A DNA stretch of 64,000 nucleotides. It comes from a virus. The translations under genes and the position numbers were made by a program. The notes beneath the pieces are model-generated. The model saw only the letters and a list, made by a program, of their open reading frames with translations, was not told where the DNA came from and did no database searches. Every line of letters starts with the position of its first letter. The first letter of the stretch is position 1. The DNA lies in the IMG/VR virus record IMGVR_UViG_2785510761_000001; one strand, written 5' to 3'. Of this stretch, positions 52,608 through 61,360 are shown in pieces.

Positions 52608-54007
52608 GCGAACCCGGCACGCAGGATGTTGCCGTCGCGCGCTCGCGCATCCCGTTCTCGGAGTACCGCACAGCGAACCGGATGGATCCGTTCTACGACT
52701 ACATCTGGAAGCGCAGCGATTCCGCGATCGCCTGGCGGAGTCGCCGTGAGATGCGATCTCGGCGTGACGCCCGACTCGGCCGGTCGGCGAGCTGGTTCGT
52801 CCCCAGTCCTGCTGAACGTGAGTATGTTGGCAGCGATCTGCTCCGCAACCGCCGTGAGTTGAAACTCGCGACTCTCGGCGCTGTGCATGGCTGGCGCACC
52901 GCCACTGTCGAGCAGGTGACTGCGATCACTGGTCAGCAGCTGATCTCCGGCAAGGGGAGTGCGCTGCGAGAGCTGTACACCGCCGACCTGCTCGATGTCG
53001 GCGCAAGCGGAGGCTTCAACGGCTGGGCGGTGAACAACGACGAGCTCCGCGGCTGGCTGCTGCACCCCAGTCGAACCGACAGCTTCAAGCAGCGGATCGA
53101 TCATCAGCTCACGTTCCCCGAATCGGTTGCCGTGACCGGCGGCCGCGAATGGGTGACGGGCGGACAGTACGACCGGCACAACGTGCTCGCTACGGAGTTC
53201 GCGCTGCGCGCTGCTGAGTTCACGAGATGCGCAACGGTCATCGGCGAGCAGTGGTCAAGCGCGAGCGAGCTTTTGTGGGAGGCGTGGGGGCGGAAGTCGC
53301 CGTTCGCTTCCGGCGCCGGCGGTTCAAGGGCAGGTGCATACGAGAACCGCGGGGACATGACGTTGGTGCGCCGCGACGGGCTACGCATCGCCGTCGAAGT
53401 GACCGCCTCGACAAGCGGGAAAGCGTTCGTGCAGAAGGTGTGGAAGTGGCTTCACCAGATGCGCCAATCACCGCTTGAACATCAAGGCACCGTCCTGCTG
53501 TTCCTAGTGGCCGGGGAGCAGGAGCCACGCGGTGGTGAGGTGCAGCGGCTACGTCGAGAGGTGCAGCGCGGAATCCAGCAAGCCATCGGAATGGAGCCAG
53601 GGTATGCAGCGAACAGGATGGCTGACCGCGTGTTCGTCGCCAGCTGGAGTGACCTGTTCCCTGATCGCCATCAACTGGTCACCGACTTCGAAAAGCTGCC
53701 GGTGCTTGCCCCTCGCGGGTTACGCAGCGCCGCGCCGACGGGCGACATCTGGGAACGGGTGCACCTGCTCGACGAGCAGGAGGTGCCGTACTCACCGGCG
53801 GAAGATCTCGACCCTCTCGCTGTCGTGCAGAACGCCAGCATGCTGCACGCCACCCCGCACTGGCTGCGCGGTGAACGCCCGCAGCTTGCCGGCGACAGCG
53901 TGAAGATGTGCTGGCCAAACGGAGTACCAGGAATCGACCGCGACTCACTGAAAGCGAAGGGTGTGGCCGGTGAAGCGAATCCGTACGTCGACAGGGTGCT
54001 GGTGTGA
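52604..54007 (+). CDS. Replication-relaxation (Replic_Relax)-like wHTH plus PD-(D/E)xK protein; candidate relaxase
   Basis: WRTATVEQV..TG, DRHNVLATEFALR, RGDMTL..DG..IAVEV; ATGA-coupled to the coupling protein. Confidence 0.6.
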   Translation: MSEPGTQDVAVARSRIPFSEYRTANRMDPFYDYIWKRSDSAIAWRSRREMRSRRDARLGRSASWFVPSPAEREYVGSDLLRNRRELKLATLGAVHGWRTATVEQVTAITGQQLISGKGSALRELYTADLLDVGASGGFNGWAVNNDELRGWLLHPSRTDSFKQRIDHQLTFPESVAVTGGREWVTGGQYDRHNVLATEFALRAAEFTRCATVIGEQWSSASELLWEAWGRKSPFASGAGGSRAGAYENRGDMTLVRRDGLRIAVEVTASTSGKAFVQKVWKWLHQMRQSPLEHQGTVLLFLVAGEQEPRGGEVQRLRREVQRGIQQAIGMEPGYAANRMADRVFVASWSDLFPDRHQLVTDFEKLPVLAPRGLRSAAPTGDIWERVHLLDEQEVPYSPAEDLDPLAVVQNASMLHATPHWLRGERPQLAGDSVKMCWPNGVPGIDRDSLKAKGVAGEANPYVDRVLV

Positions 54008-54065
54008 CTGCGCATTCAACGCTTGAAGCTCGCGACAACCATGACGGAAAGATGAGAAAAGACCT

Positions 54066-54416
54066 ATGACAATTGCAGACCAGATTGCAGAAATCATCCG
54101 TCGCGTGGACGGCAGTCGCACCATGGGAGCAGGTAAACTCGGCGAGCATATCGCTCAGGAACTTGTGGCCAGTGGTGTGGTGCAAGCACCCAGCGAGGAA
54201 GACTTGAACGTCACGAAAGCGGGCATCCTTGTGAAGCCTGGTCAGATCTGGCAGGACTGCGACAAACGTGCGGTCATCAGCAGCGTCAAGGTGCTTGAGG
54301 TGAACGCAGGCAAGGCACGAATTGAGCGTGGTGGTGCTGGTGGGAGGCAGACCACGATCTCGGTGAAGCGGATGCACAGTAGCTCGACTGGCTTCGTCTT
54401 GGTGCGCGACGTATGA
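54066..54416 (+). CDS. Hypothetical protein
   Basis: CTGCGCATT at 54008-54016. Confidence 0.7.
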   Translation: MTIADQIAEIIRRVDGSRTMGAGKLGEHIAQELVASGVVQAPSEEDLNVTKAGILVKPGQIWQDCDKRAVISSVKVLEVNAGKARIERGGAGGRQTTISVKRMHSSSTGFVLVRDV

Positions 54417-54877
54417 GCCAGTTGTTCACGAATCCGGTGGAAGCGGTGCGCGAGCCGAGCGACTATCTCGCACTGTTGCGTGAGGCTGAGGAACAACGAC
54501 TGCTCGCCCGCGCGGAGTGCGTGCCGTTGAAAGCGAGGTGGCGCCGATCCTGGCGTCCTGACGAGATTATTGGCCTCGCAGAGAAATACAGTGCTGGGCT
54601 GGTCTCAGTCAGCAGTGGGCCGCACTCCGATGAGCGGAGAGCAGTGAATTTTCTCAGACACGAGCGCACAGCGTACGACCGACTCGTGAGCTTTCCAGTC
54701 GGGTTGCAGCACGGGATTCACGGCAGCTACGAGTCGGTGTACCTCGTCATCAAGCAGCGCGTGCACGAGAAGATCTCCGCCGATTTCCCATGGCTGGAGA
54801 TGGAGTCGATGATCCAGCTTGAAGAAGCGGCAGAGGCAGTTGCTTCAGGCCGCAGGTCTGCGTACGTCGGTAGCTGA
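54413..54877 (+). CDS. Hypothetical protein
   Basis: ATGA-coupled; NFLRHERTAYD. Confidence 0.7.
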   Translation: MSQLFTNPVEAVREPSDYLALLREAEEQRLLARAECVPLKARWRRSWRPDEIIGLAEKYSAGLVSVSSGPHSDERRAVNFLRHERTAYDRLVSFPVGLQHGIHGSYESVYLVIKQRVHEKISADFPWLEMESMIQLEEAAEAVASGRRSAYVGS

Positions 54878-54929
54878 CCGCGCATTGCTTGGACAGGTGC
54901 CACCCCGGGCGCCGGGAACAGGAGCCAAC

Positions 54930-55355
54930 ATGTCCGAGCAGATCCACGGCCTGCGCATCAGCCCGCGCGGCATCACGAACATCAACATCGACCGCGAGCA
55001 CTCAGTGCGGCGTATCCAGGAAGTCGTTGGCTGCCGCATGTTCACGGTGGTCAGCCTGAGCCAGGACATCGACCTGTTCGTGGATGATGAGGCGCTGCTT
55101 GTCGCGGAGCCGGAGCTCAACCTACCACTCACCGTCATTGCACACGCGCTCGGCAGCCCGCAGGTGCTGTTCGGCAATGGGTTCGCTGCCGGGGCCGATG
55201 ACGAGACCGGCGAAACGGTGGGGCTTACGCCCGCCCAGAAGTACGCCGTGAACACCGCCGCCAACGGCAAGCTCGAACCGGAAGTCCTTGAGCTGCTGTG
55301 CGAGAACCTGAGCCCGTGGCCTGCTGTTGTGAGCCTGGTGCTCGCGAAGCACTAA
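54930..55355 (+). CDS. DUF3846-like protein
   Basis: IQEVVG..LFVDDEALL..LN..LFG; RBS AGGAG; motif at 54878-54886. Confidence 0.6.
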   Translation: MSEQIHGLRISPRGITNINIDREHSVRRIQEVVGCRMFTVVSLSQDIDLFVDDEALLVAEPELNLPLTVIAHALGSPQVLFGNGFAAGADDETGETVGLTPAQKYAVNTAANGKLEPEVLELLCENLSPWPAVVSLVLAKH

Positions 55356-55366
55356 GGGGTCACGGG

Positions 55367-56041
55367 ATGTTCAAGTTCTATGGAGCTAAGCATCGGCTCG
55401 CAGCGCTGTACCCCGTCCCGACCCGCTCGGTGATCATCGAACCGTTCGCGGGCGCGGCGGGGTATGCCGTGCACTGGCGCAACGCGGCCGACCGGGTGAT
55501 CCTCGTTGAGAAAGATGAACGGGTCGTTGAGCTCTGGCAGCGTCTTCTGGCGATGCCGGTGGACGAGCTGCTCGAACTCCCAACCCCGGAAGCGGGGGAG
55601 CGAAGCTCAGACCTGTTGGTGGCGTTCGCAGCCGGTCGCACCACCCGCGATACCCCGAAGACGTTCACCGTCACTAGTCGCATGGCGGAGCGGTTCAACC
55701 CGATGCGCAGACGTATCGCAGAGTCCCTTGATGAATGCCGGCACTTCGAACTTGTGCATGGCGACTACCGCGACGCGCCGAACATTGAGGCCACCTGGTT
55801 CATCGACCCGCCGTACCAACCAACAGGCGTTGGCAGGCCCGACCGCACCCGCGGCGGACGCTACACCCATTCGAACGCAAATATCGACTACGACGAGCTG
55901 AACGGCTGGACTCAGAGCAGGCGCGGGCAGGTCATCGCCTGCGACCAGGAGGGAGCTGACTGGCTGCAATGGAACGGAGCTATCGCCGCTCAGGACACAT
56001 CTAGTCGCGGCTACAGGGAAGTGTTCTGGGAACGCTGTTGA
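55367..56041 (+). CDS. DNA adenine methyltransferase (Dam/D12-like), orphan
   Basis: FYGAKHRL, IEPFAGAAG, FIDPPY. Confidence 0.85.
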   Translation: MFKFYGAKHRLAALYPVPTRSVIIEPFAGAAGYAVHWRNAADRVILVEKDERVVELWQRLLAMPVDELLELPTPEAGERSSDLLVAFAAGRTTRDTPKTFTVTSRMAERFNPMRRRIAESLDECRHFELVHGDYRDAPNIEATWFIDPPYQPTGVGRPDRTRGGRYTHSNANIDYDELNGWTQSRRGQVIACDQEGADWLQWNGAIAAQDTSSRGYREVFWERC

Positions 56042-56109
56042 GCATCACGGCCACTCGGCCCGCGCATTCTCGTTCCAGCCGGACACACCGGCAAGAAAGG
56101 AATGGAACC

Positions 56110-57045
56110 ATGACGCTGCTTGCAGTGCCCAGCCCGCCCCGCGCGAAGCTCGTGCCGGCCCATCTCGCCCATGACGTTGGAAGACAAACCGACGTGCTCG
56201 TGTGGACGAAACGCACGTTCCCCGGGATGCTGTGGAGCGTAGCCGTAGACGAGCCCGGAGCTGGGCTGCGTCTACTGGGGGCCGGACAGGAGCGCGGCCA
56301 CAAGCCCGCCCTCGAGCAGGTGAACCGAGTACTTCGCGGAATCCAGGTGAAGGATGCGGTCCTGCACATGCAGGGCGCAGGCTTGTCGCCTTCGATAAGC
56401 AACGCGAACCGACTGTCATACTCCTCACTGCACTTGCCTCACGGTGCACGCGCAAGAGACCCCTACGAAGCTGGTGACTACCGGCCGGAGCTGCTGGAGT
56501 TCGCAGAGAAGTCCTGCCCCGGCATGATCACCGGCTCCAACATTCGCATCGCCACAGACGGGAGTGTCTCACACTTCAGCGGCCATGCCGGGTTCGGGTG
56601 GATTTCAAGTCAAGGCCAATTCGGAGTCGGGGTTCTCGGCGTGAACCACGACATCGTGAACGCTGAGCTCGCAGCGATCGACAACGCCATGTCACGCGTG
56701 CGTGGCGCCTCCGGAGTGGTGCAGGTCGATTCAGCGAGCGCCATCTCCATGATCGAGCAGCGCCTCCACATGGACCGCAGGCCCGCGTTCACGAAGTCCC
56801 AGTCGGCACGACTCAACAGTTTGGATCGGTCGCCGATACGCGGCATGCGGATCGAAAAGGTGAAGGCCCACAGCGGACACATCCTGAACGAGGGTGCTGA
56901 CCGCATCTCCCGCCTGGCTCGCCGATCCAGTGAAGACGGAATCGACACGCGAACGATGTGGGAGATCGCCGCGGGTGTGAGAGACGACATCATGGATCAG
57001 CTTGCGCAGCAGCGGGGCGGGGTCACCGCGCATTCGTCGAATTGA
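56110..57045 (+). CDS. Ribonuclease HI-like protein with N-terminal extension
   Basis: IATDGS, NAELAAI, VDSASAI, VKAHSGHILNEGADR; motif at 56060-56068. Confidence 0.82.
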   Translation: MTLLAVPSPPRAKLVPAHLAHDVGRQTDVLVWTKRTFPGMLWSVAVDEPGAGLRLLGAGQERGHKPALEQVNRVLRGIQVKDAVLHMQGAGLSPSISNANRLSYSSLHLPHGARARDPYEAGDYRPELLEFAEKSCPGMITGSNIRIATDGSVSHFSGHAGFGWISSQGQFGVGVLGVNHDIVNAELAAIDNAMSRVRGASGVVQVDSASAISMIEQRLHMDRRPAFTKSQSARLNSLDRSPIRGMRIEKVKAHSGHILNEGADRISRLARRSSEDGIDTRTMWEIAAGVRDDIMDQLAQQRGGVTAHSSN

Positions 57046-57082
57046 GCCGCGCGTCAACAGCGGCAGGAAATCGGAGAGACGA

Positions 57083-57523
57083 ATGGCCAAGAAGACCGAT
57101 GACACCTATCTGGTGACCGACTTTGAAGAAATCCGTGACGCTGAAGATCGTGAGGCGATCAGCTCGCTGATTAAGCAGTCCCATCAACTTTTCGTTGCAC
57201 GCGGACGTGAGTCCACTGAGAAGTCGCAGAAGAGCGACCTGTGGGAGATGATGACCCGCGAGCTTGAGGACTTGAACACCGATCTAAAGATCGAGCTGGA
57301 TGGTGTGAAGCTCACCTGGAAGCGGGGCGGCATGGAGCCGCAAAATGTACCCGATGCGGAGAAGATCGCAGAGGTTGCAAAGGATCTGATCGACCGACGC
57401 GCAGCTTTGACCAAGGAGCTGTCAGACATCGAGTTCGAGATCCAGAAGCTCGAAGAGACCCACACTCGTGTGGAGCTGGTTGAAGTGAAGCCGAAGCTCA
57501 CCGTGAACCCGATGAAGAAGTAG
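57083..57523 (+). CDS. Hypothetical coiled-coil protein
   Basis: RBS GGAG, motif at 57026-57034. Confidence 0.7.
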   Translation: MAKKTDDTYLVTDFEEIRDAEDREAISSLIKQSHQLFVARGRESTEKSQKSDLWEMMTRELEDLNTDLKIELDGVKLTWKRGGMEPQNVPDAEKIAEVAKDLIDRRAALTKELSDIEFEIQKLEETHTRVELVEVKPKLTVNPMKK

Positions 57524-57535
57524 GAGTCAGAACAC

Positions 57536-58015
57536 ATGTCGATGATCGACACCCTGAACCGCGAGAAGACGCTCGCTATGAAAGCGAAGAGCGCGGCCGG
57601 CACCGCTGAAGAGCGCGAGGCAGCCGACCTTCGACTCAGCGTCGTGCGCATGCTGCTCGGCGCTATCAGCGAGGCTGAGACCAGCGGGAAGCAGCGCACC
57701 ACATTGAACGATGAGCAGGTTGTGTCGCTGCTAAAGAAAGAGGCCGCAAAGCGTCGCGCCACCGCCCAGACGTTCGAGGAGGCAGGGCGAACACTGCGAG
57801 CTCAGCAGGAGACCTGGGAGGCTGAATACATCGGTACGTTCCTCCCCAGGGAAACCAGCCCCGAGGCGATCGAGGAATTCATCGTTCGCTACGTAGCGGA
57901 AACCGATCTGCCAGCAGGCGGCAAGGCTATTGGCGTTGTGCTCGGCGCGCTGAAAGCTGAGTTCTCGAGCTTCGACACTCGTGCTGCGTCGGAAGCCGTC
58001 CGCAAGTACCTGTAG
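57536..58015 (+). CDS. GatB/YqeY domain protein
   Basis: AMKAK..LSVVRMLLGAI..E..LNDEQVVSLLKKEAAKRR..F..AGR..E..I..FLP. Confidence 0.82.
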   Translation: MSMIDTLNREKTLAMKAKSAAGTAEEREAADLRLSVVRMLLGAISEAETSGKQRTTLNDEQVVSLLKKEAAKRRATAQTFEEAGRTLRAQQETWEAEYIGTFLPRETSPEAIEEFIVRYVAETDLPAGGKAIGVVLGALKAEFSSFDTRAASEAVRKYL

Positions 58016-58036
58016 ACAGCAAGATCTCCCACCCTA

Positions 58037-58074
58037 CGGCGGTGCAACTTCTAACATTCGAGGCTGCACCGCCG
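58037..58074. terminator. Terminator-like hairpin
   Basis: 10-bp arms CGGCGGTGCA / TGCACCGCCG. Confidence 0.65.
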
Positions 58075-58164
58075 CAGGGTGCCAAAATTCAGGCATACTG
58101 CGCATTCATACGGGTGAGCGTCAACAAATAGTGGTGACGCACAACTGAGAGGGTGCTGCAGAGC

Positions 58165-59922
58165 ATGAATTTCACTCGACAATCTTCCGCTGTCAAAGCG
58201 GCAAAGCATCTCGGATCTTCGCTCGCTGCGTTCGCAGCGCTGATCCTAGGCATGGTAGCCCTGCCGTCCATGGCGAACGCTGCAAGTGAGCAGCTTCACG
58301 CTGAGATCGTCTCCGTATCACCGACTTCCGACATCGGTGTTGGTACTGAGCTTGTGGTTGAGTCATATGTCGAAAACCGAGGCGCATCGCCGGCCGGTGA
58401 GAGCCTTGCCTTCGGGATCAGCGACATGACCAGCGATCCCGTACGTCAGTCCAGCGTCATCGTCGCAAGCACTTACGAGAGCGTGACAGCCTCACCAGCT
58501 GATGCAGGAACCGTACATTGGCGGGATGGCGGATATTCGCTGTACCTCGAGCGCGATCTGCAGCCCGGCGAGCGTGTCACCGTCACCCGCACCATGACGG
58601 CTGTCGGCAAGGATTCAGCTGAATCTAGTGCGCATCAGAACCCTGAGACGTTCGCGGGAGCTGCTGGACGTCTCGGGCTCACGATGTCCGGCGCTGAGGG
58701 CGTTCAGCGTAACTGCTGGTACGGGGACTCGCCGACCTCCGGACTGGGATCCGTCTCCTTGTCAGGGAACGGTTACCAGACGAACCCGATCAGTGGGGAC
58801 AGCAGTTGCTTCTTCGATTTTGAGACCGTGGCACGACAGTCTGGGTACAACGTCACGATCACATCAGAACCTGTCGAAGGTGGCACCCTCCTGCCGAACG
58901 GGCAGGTGCGGTACCTCGTCACGCTGACCAATAGCAGTGCGGCCACGCTCACCCCCGTGGGAGCCACCAGCATGGCGGTGACCCCCACCTTTGGTGAGGT
59001 GACTGACGTGAAAGCCTCACAGGGGATGGTGAACTCGTTCAGTGGTGAGGGCGGCTCAGACATCGTCTGGGACACCGAGGCAGTGAAACCCGGAGCCACC
59101 ATCACACTGTCGTTCACAGTGGGCGCAGCCGTTGAAGCTCCTGGCGATGAGATTACAGCTACGGTGTCCTCCATGTCGCACTTGAATGGAACGGATATCT
59201 CGGTTCAGTCAAACTGCCCGGTCGAGTACATTCCGTTGCGGTTCAGCCTGAGTGATGAGCCCCTTCAGGCGGGGTCAGAGGCATGTGTGAACGTGCTGGC
59301 TGTTTCGGAGCCAGTGGTCTATGTGACTCCACTCCCACCAACACTCGTGCCTGGTGAGACTTGCGATATTGAAGGTTCCGTGGACATCCCAACGATGGAC
59401 GGCGTGACCTACAGTCAGACGCGGAGTGGCGACACCATCACGGTGACGGCAGTTACCGATGCTGGTATGGAGATCTCCGAGGGTGCCGCGCACAAGTGGA
59501 CGTTTAACGTCTCAGCCGTACCTTGCGCTGAGCCTGACGCAACAAAGGTCAAGGCCACTTCGCCCACCCTGGCTGCCAGCGACACTTGCGACGTGGAGAG
59601 CTCCGTGTCGATCCCCAGCACTCCGGGAGTTGCGTACGAGGAGTCGAGGGCCGGCGATACGGTGACTGTCAGGGCGAGTGCTGCAAACGGCTACCAGATG
59701 GACCCGGAGTCCGAGGTTGAATGGTCATTTGTCGTCACGCCCAAAGCGAGTTGCGACCCTCAGGCGAGCACCCCGGATGCCGTGAACACCGCGCAGCCGA
59801 CGGAGAGCGTGCCTGAGCTGGCCCGCACCGGGACCAGCATGAAGGCGGCCGCAGGCTTCGGCGTTGCGATCATCGCTGCGGGGCTCCTGCTTTCGATGAT
59901 CAGCCGGAGACGTTCTGCGTAG
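58165..59922 (+). CDS. Sortase-anchored surface protein (LARTG) with Ig/DUF11-like domains and two of the same Cys repeats
   Basis: Signal peptide ending ANA; VRYLVTLTN; GVTYSQTRSGDTITVTA; LARTG+TM+RRR. Confidence 0.88.
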   Translation: MNFTRQSSAVKAAKHLGSSLAAFAALILGMVALPSMANAASEQLHAEIVSVSPTSDIGVGTELVVESYVENRGASPAGESLAFGISDMTSDPVRQSSVIVASTYESVTASPADAGTVHWRDGGYSLYLERDLQPGERVTVTRTMTAVGKDSAESSAHQNPETFAGAAGRLGLTMSGAEGVQRNCWYGDSPTSGLGSVSLSGNGYQTNPISGDSSCFFDFETVARQSGYNVTITSEPVEGGTLLPNGQVRYLVTLTNSSAATLTPVGATSMAVTPTFGEVTDVKASQGMVNSFSGEGGSDIVWDTEAVKPGATITLSFTVGAAVEAPGDEITATVSSMSHLNGTDISVQSNCPVEYIPLRFSLSDEPLQAGSEACVNVLAVSEPVVYVTPLPPTLVPGETCDIEGSVDIPTMDGVTYSQTRSGDTITVTAVTDAGMEISEGAAHKWTFNVSAVPCAEPDATKVKATSPTLAASDTCDVESSVSIPSTPGVAYEESRAGDTVTVRASAANGYQMDPESEVEWSFVVTPKASCDPQASTPDAVNTAQPTESVPELARTGTSMKAAAGFGVAIIAAGLLLSMISRRRSA

Positions 59923-59932
59923 GAGCGAGACG

Positions 59933-59968
59933 CCAGATGTCCTGCCACCACACCGGCGGGGCATCTGG
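59933..59968. terminator. Hairpin between convergent genes
   Basis: CCAGATG..GCC / GGCGGGGCATCTGG. Confidence 0.6.
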
Positions 59969-59983
59969 TGTCTGGTTTTCAGG

Positions 59984-60399
59984 TCAGTTACCCCTGCCCG
60001 CAAGCTGGGCGCGGCGCTGATCAAGTTCAGCTTGCTCGCGGTCCAGTTGCGCAAGCTCCTCCGCCGCGGTGCGCTCCTGGGCAGCCCTCGCAATCTGATC
60101 TACCAGGCCTGTTAGCTGGCTGGCGGCGCCGCAGTTCGGCACGCGGACCGAGACCTGGATCACAACGTCGTCTGCATCGCTGCCATATGCGGTGTTTCGT
60201 TTGCCGCCCAAGGGATCATAGGTCGTGTACCCCTTTCGGTCGTACACAAAGGCGGCAGCCCATTCAGCGTCATCTGAGCTTGACCCGGTGATCGCCTGGG
60301 TGAGAGCGAGTGCAGCTGCATCTCGCAGAGACTGTTCGTGGTCCGAGGTCGCACCTTGAACGTGAAGTGCTGGTACTTCTTGGGGAGCGTGTTGCGCAT
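59984..60399 (-). pseudogene. Hypothetical protein with an apparent 1-nt frameshift near 60351
   Basis: ATG after CCGCGCATA (60441-60449) gives MRNTLPKKYQHFTFKV; adding one base joins it to SDHEQSLRDAAALAL... Confidence 0.4.
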
Positions 60400-60455
60400 G
60401 GGACTCACTTTCTGCCGGCTTATCCGGCCGCTGCAATTTCTATGCGCGGCATTCG

Positions 60456-60914
60456 CTATCCCTCGATCTGCAACAGTGGCGGCTCTCCGCTATCGATGGA
60501 CAGCATCACCTGATCGCCGACCTGCTCGAACACGGTTCGCCCGCCGGGGAGCACCAGATATGGAAAGAACTCCTGCTCAAGCGTCGCGATTTGCGATTCG
60601 ACCGCTTCAAGCTTGGCTTTGATCACCAAACCGAGAGCACGCCATCTTTGGCGCACAGCTTTCTCGTGTTCGGTGGCTTGGGTTGATACGGATCGCCGCT
60701 GCCCGGTCAGAGTATGAGTGAAGTCGCGGTCGTCTGGGTTGGGGAGCGTGATTGCGAAGCGAACATGCCGGTTGCTGGTCACGAATGAGATAGCAGCCAG
60801 GGTGTCGCGCTCTAGGTATGCGAAGTCCTTCGCACCGTACCGCTTGACGATGTTGCGGATCTCGGTCAGGCTCCGGTCGGCGGAGACTGTCGTCTGTTTG
60901 GCGTAGGTTGCCAT
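60456..60914 (-). CDS. Phage-type hypothetical protein
   Basis: TTVSADRS..EI..YGA; RQRWRAL.LVIKAKLEAVES..EQEF; RBS GAAGGG. Confidence 0.75.
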   Translation of the reverse strand: MATYAKQTTVSADRSLTEIRNIVKRYGAKDFAYLERDTLAAISFVTSNRHVRFAITLPNPDDRDFTHTLTGQRRSVSTQATEHEKAVRQRWRALGLVIKAKLEAVESQIATLEQEFFPYLVLPGGRTVFEQVGDQVMLSIDSGEPPLLQIEG

Positions 60915-60957
60915 CGTTGTCCCTTCAATCTGCATTCATGGTGCGCGGTGCAATTGC

Positions 60958-61254
60958 TCAGCGCTTCTTCTGTGACACTTGAAACATGTGGATCGCCGTC
61001 AGCACATCTCTCCACCCGACGCATTCCGCTCGATAGGCGTGCACGATGGCGCGGAGCGTCAGTGCGTTTTCGGACCAGTCCTCTGGGTCGAGCATGGCCA
61101 CCGCGCGTGGGGAGGGGTGCTTTGGCAGAAACAGCGACCTGAGCTTCGTCTGCGTGTTCAGCTCGACCCAGATCTTACCTCGGTCGCTGTACACGATTAC
61201 TCGGTCGAAAGACTCGAGGTTGAGCTCGGGAATCCCGGCCTGGTTGAGGCTCAT
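60958..61254 (-). CDS. Hypothetical protein
   Basis: 98-aa ORF; CCGCT-CATATT variant at 61281-61291. Confidence 0.55.
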   Translation of the reverse strand: MSLNQAGIPELNLESFDRVIVYSDRGKIWVELNTQTKLRSLFLPKHPSPRAVAMLDPEDWSENALTLRAIVHAYRAECVGWRDVLTAIHMFQVSQKKR

Positions 61255-61337
61255 GATTCAACCGTAAAGTCAGCGGCTGCAATATGAGCGGCACATTCAG
61301 TCGGCCGCGTGCCGCTGGGTCCTGTTGAGGGTTTCAT
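61251..61337 (-). CDS. Possible 28-aa leaderless peptide
   Basis: ATG 8 nt after CCGCGCATT (61346-61354); TGA overlaps the next ATG. Confidence 0.35.
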   Translation of the reverse strand: MKPSTGPSGTRPTECAAHIAAADFTVES

Positions 61338-61360
61338 CACCACTGAATGCGCGGGAACAA

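Larger units (their letters stand above)
725..61354. promoter_or_regulatory. Dispersed class I upstream motif CCGCGCATT (coding-strand orientation)
   Basis: Minus: 3242, 4305, 6481, 9587, 11183, 13996, 15510, 19026, 21430, 23963, 26585, 30469, 35204, 37848, 38717, 40671, 43911, 61346. Plus: 43957, 44660, 45158, 46276, 48001, 54878, 56060, 57026. One-mismatch variants: 725, 20049, 47284, 54008, 58098, 60441. Confidence 0.85.

Noticed and set aside
725-61354. Repeated CCGCGCATT as a CRISPR array, integron attC or IS end
   Set aside because: Only 9 bp, irregular kilobase spacing, not palindromic, always co-oriented with the downstream gene; no cas, integrase or transposase seen.
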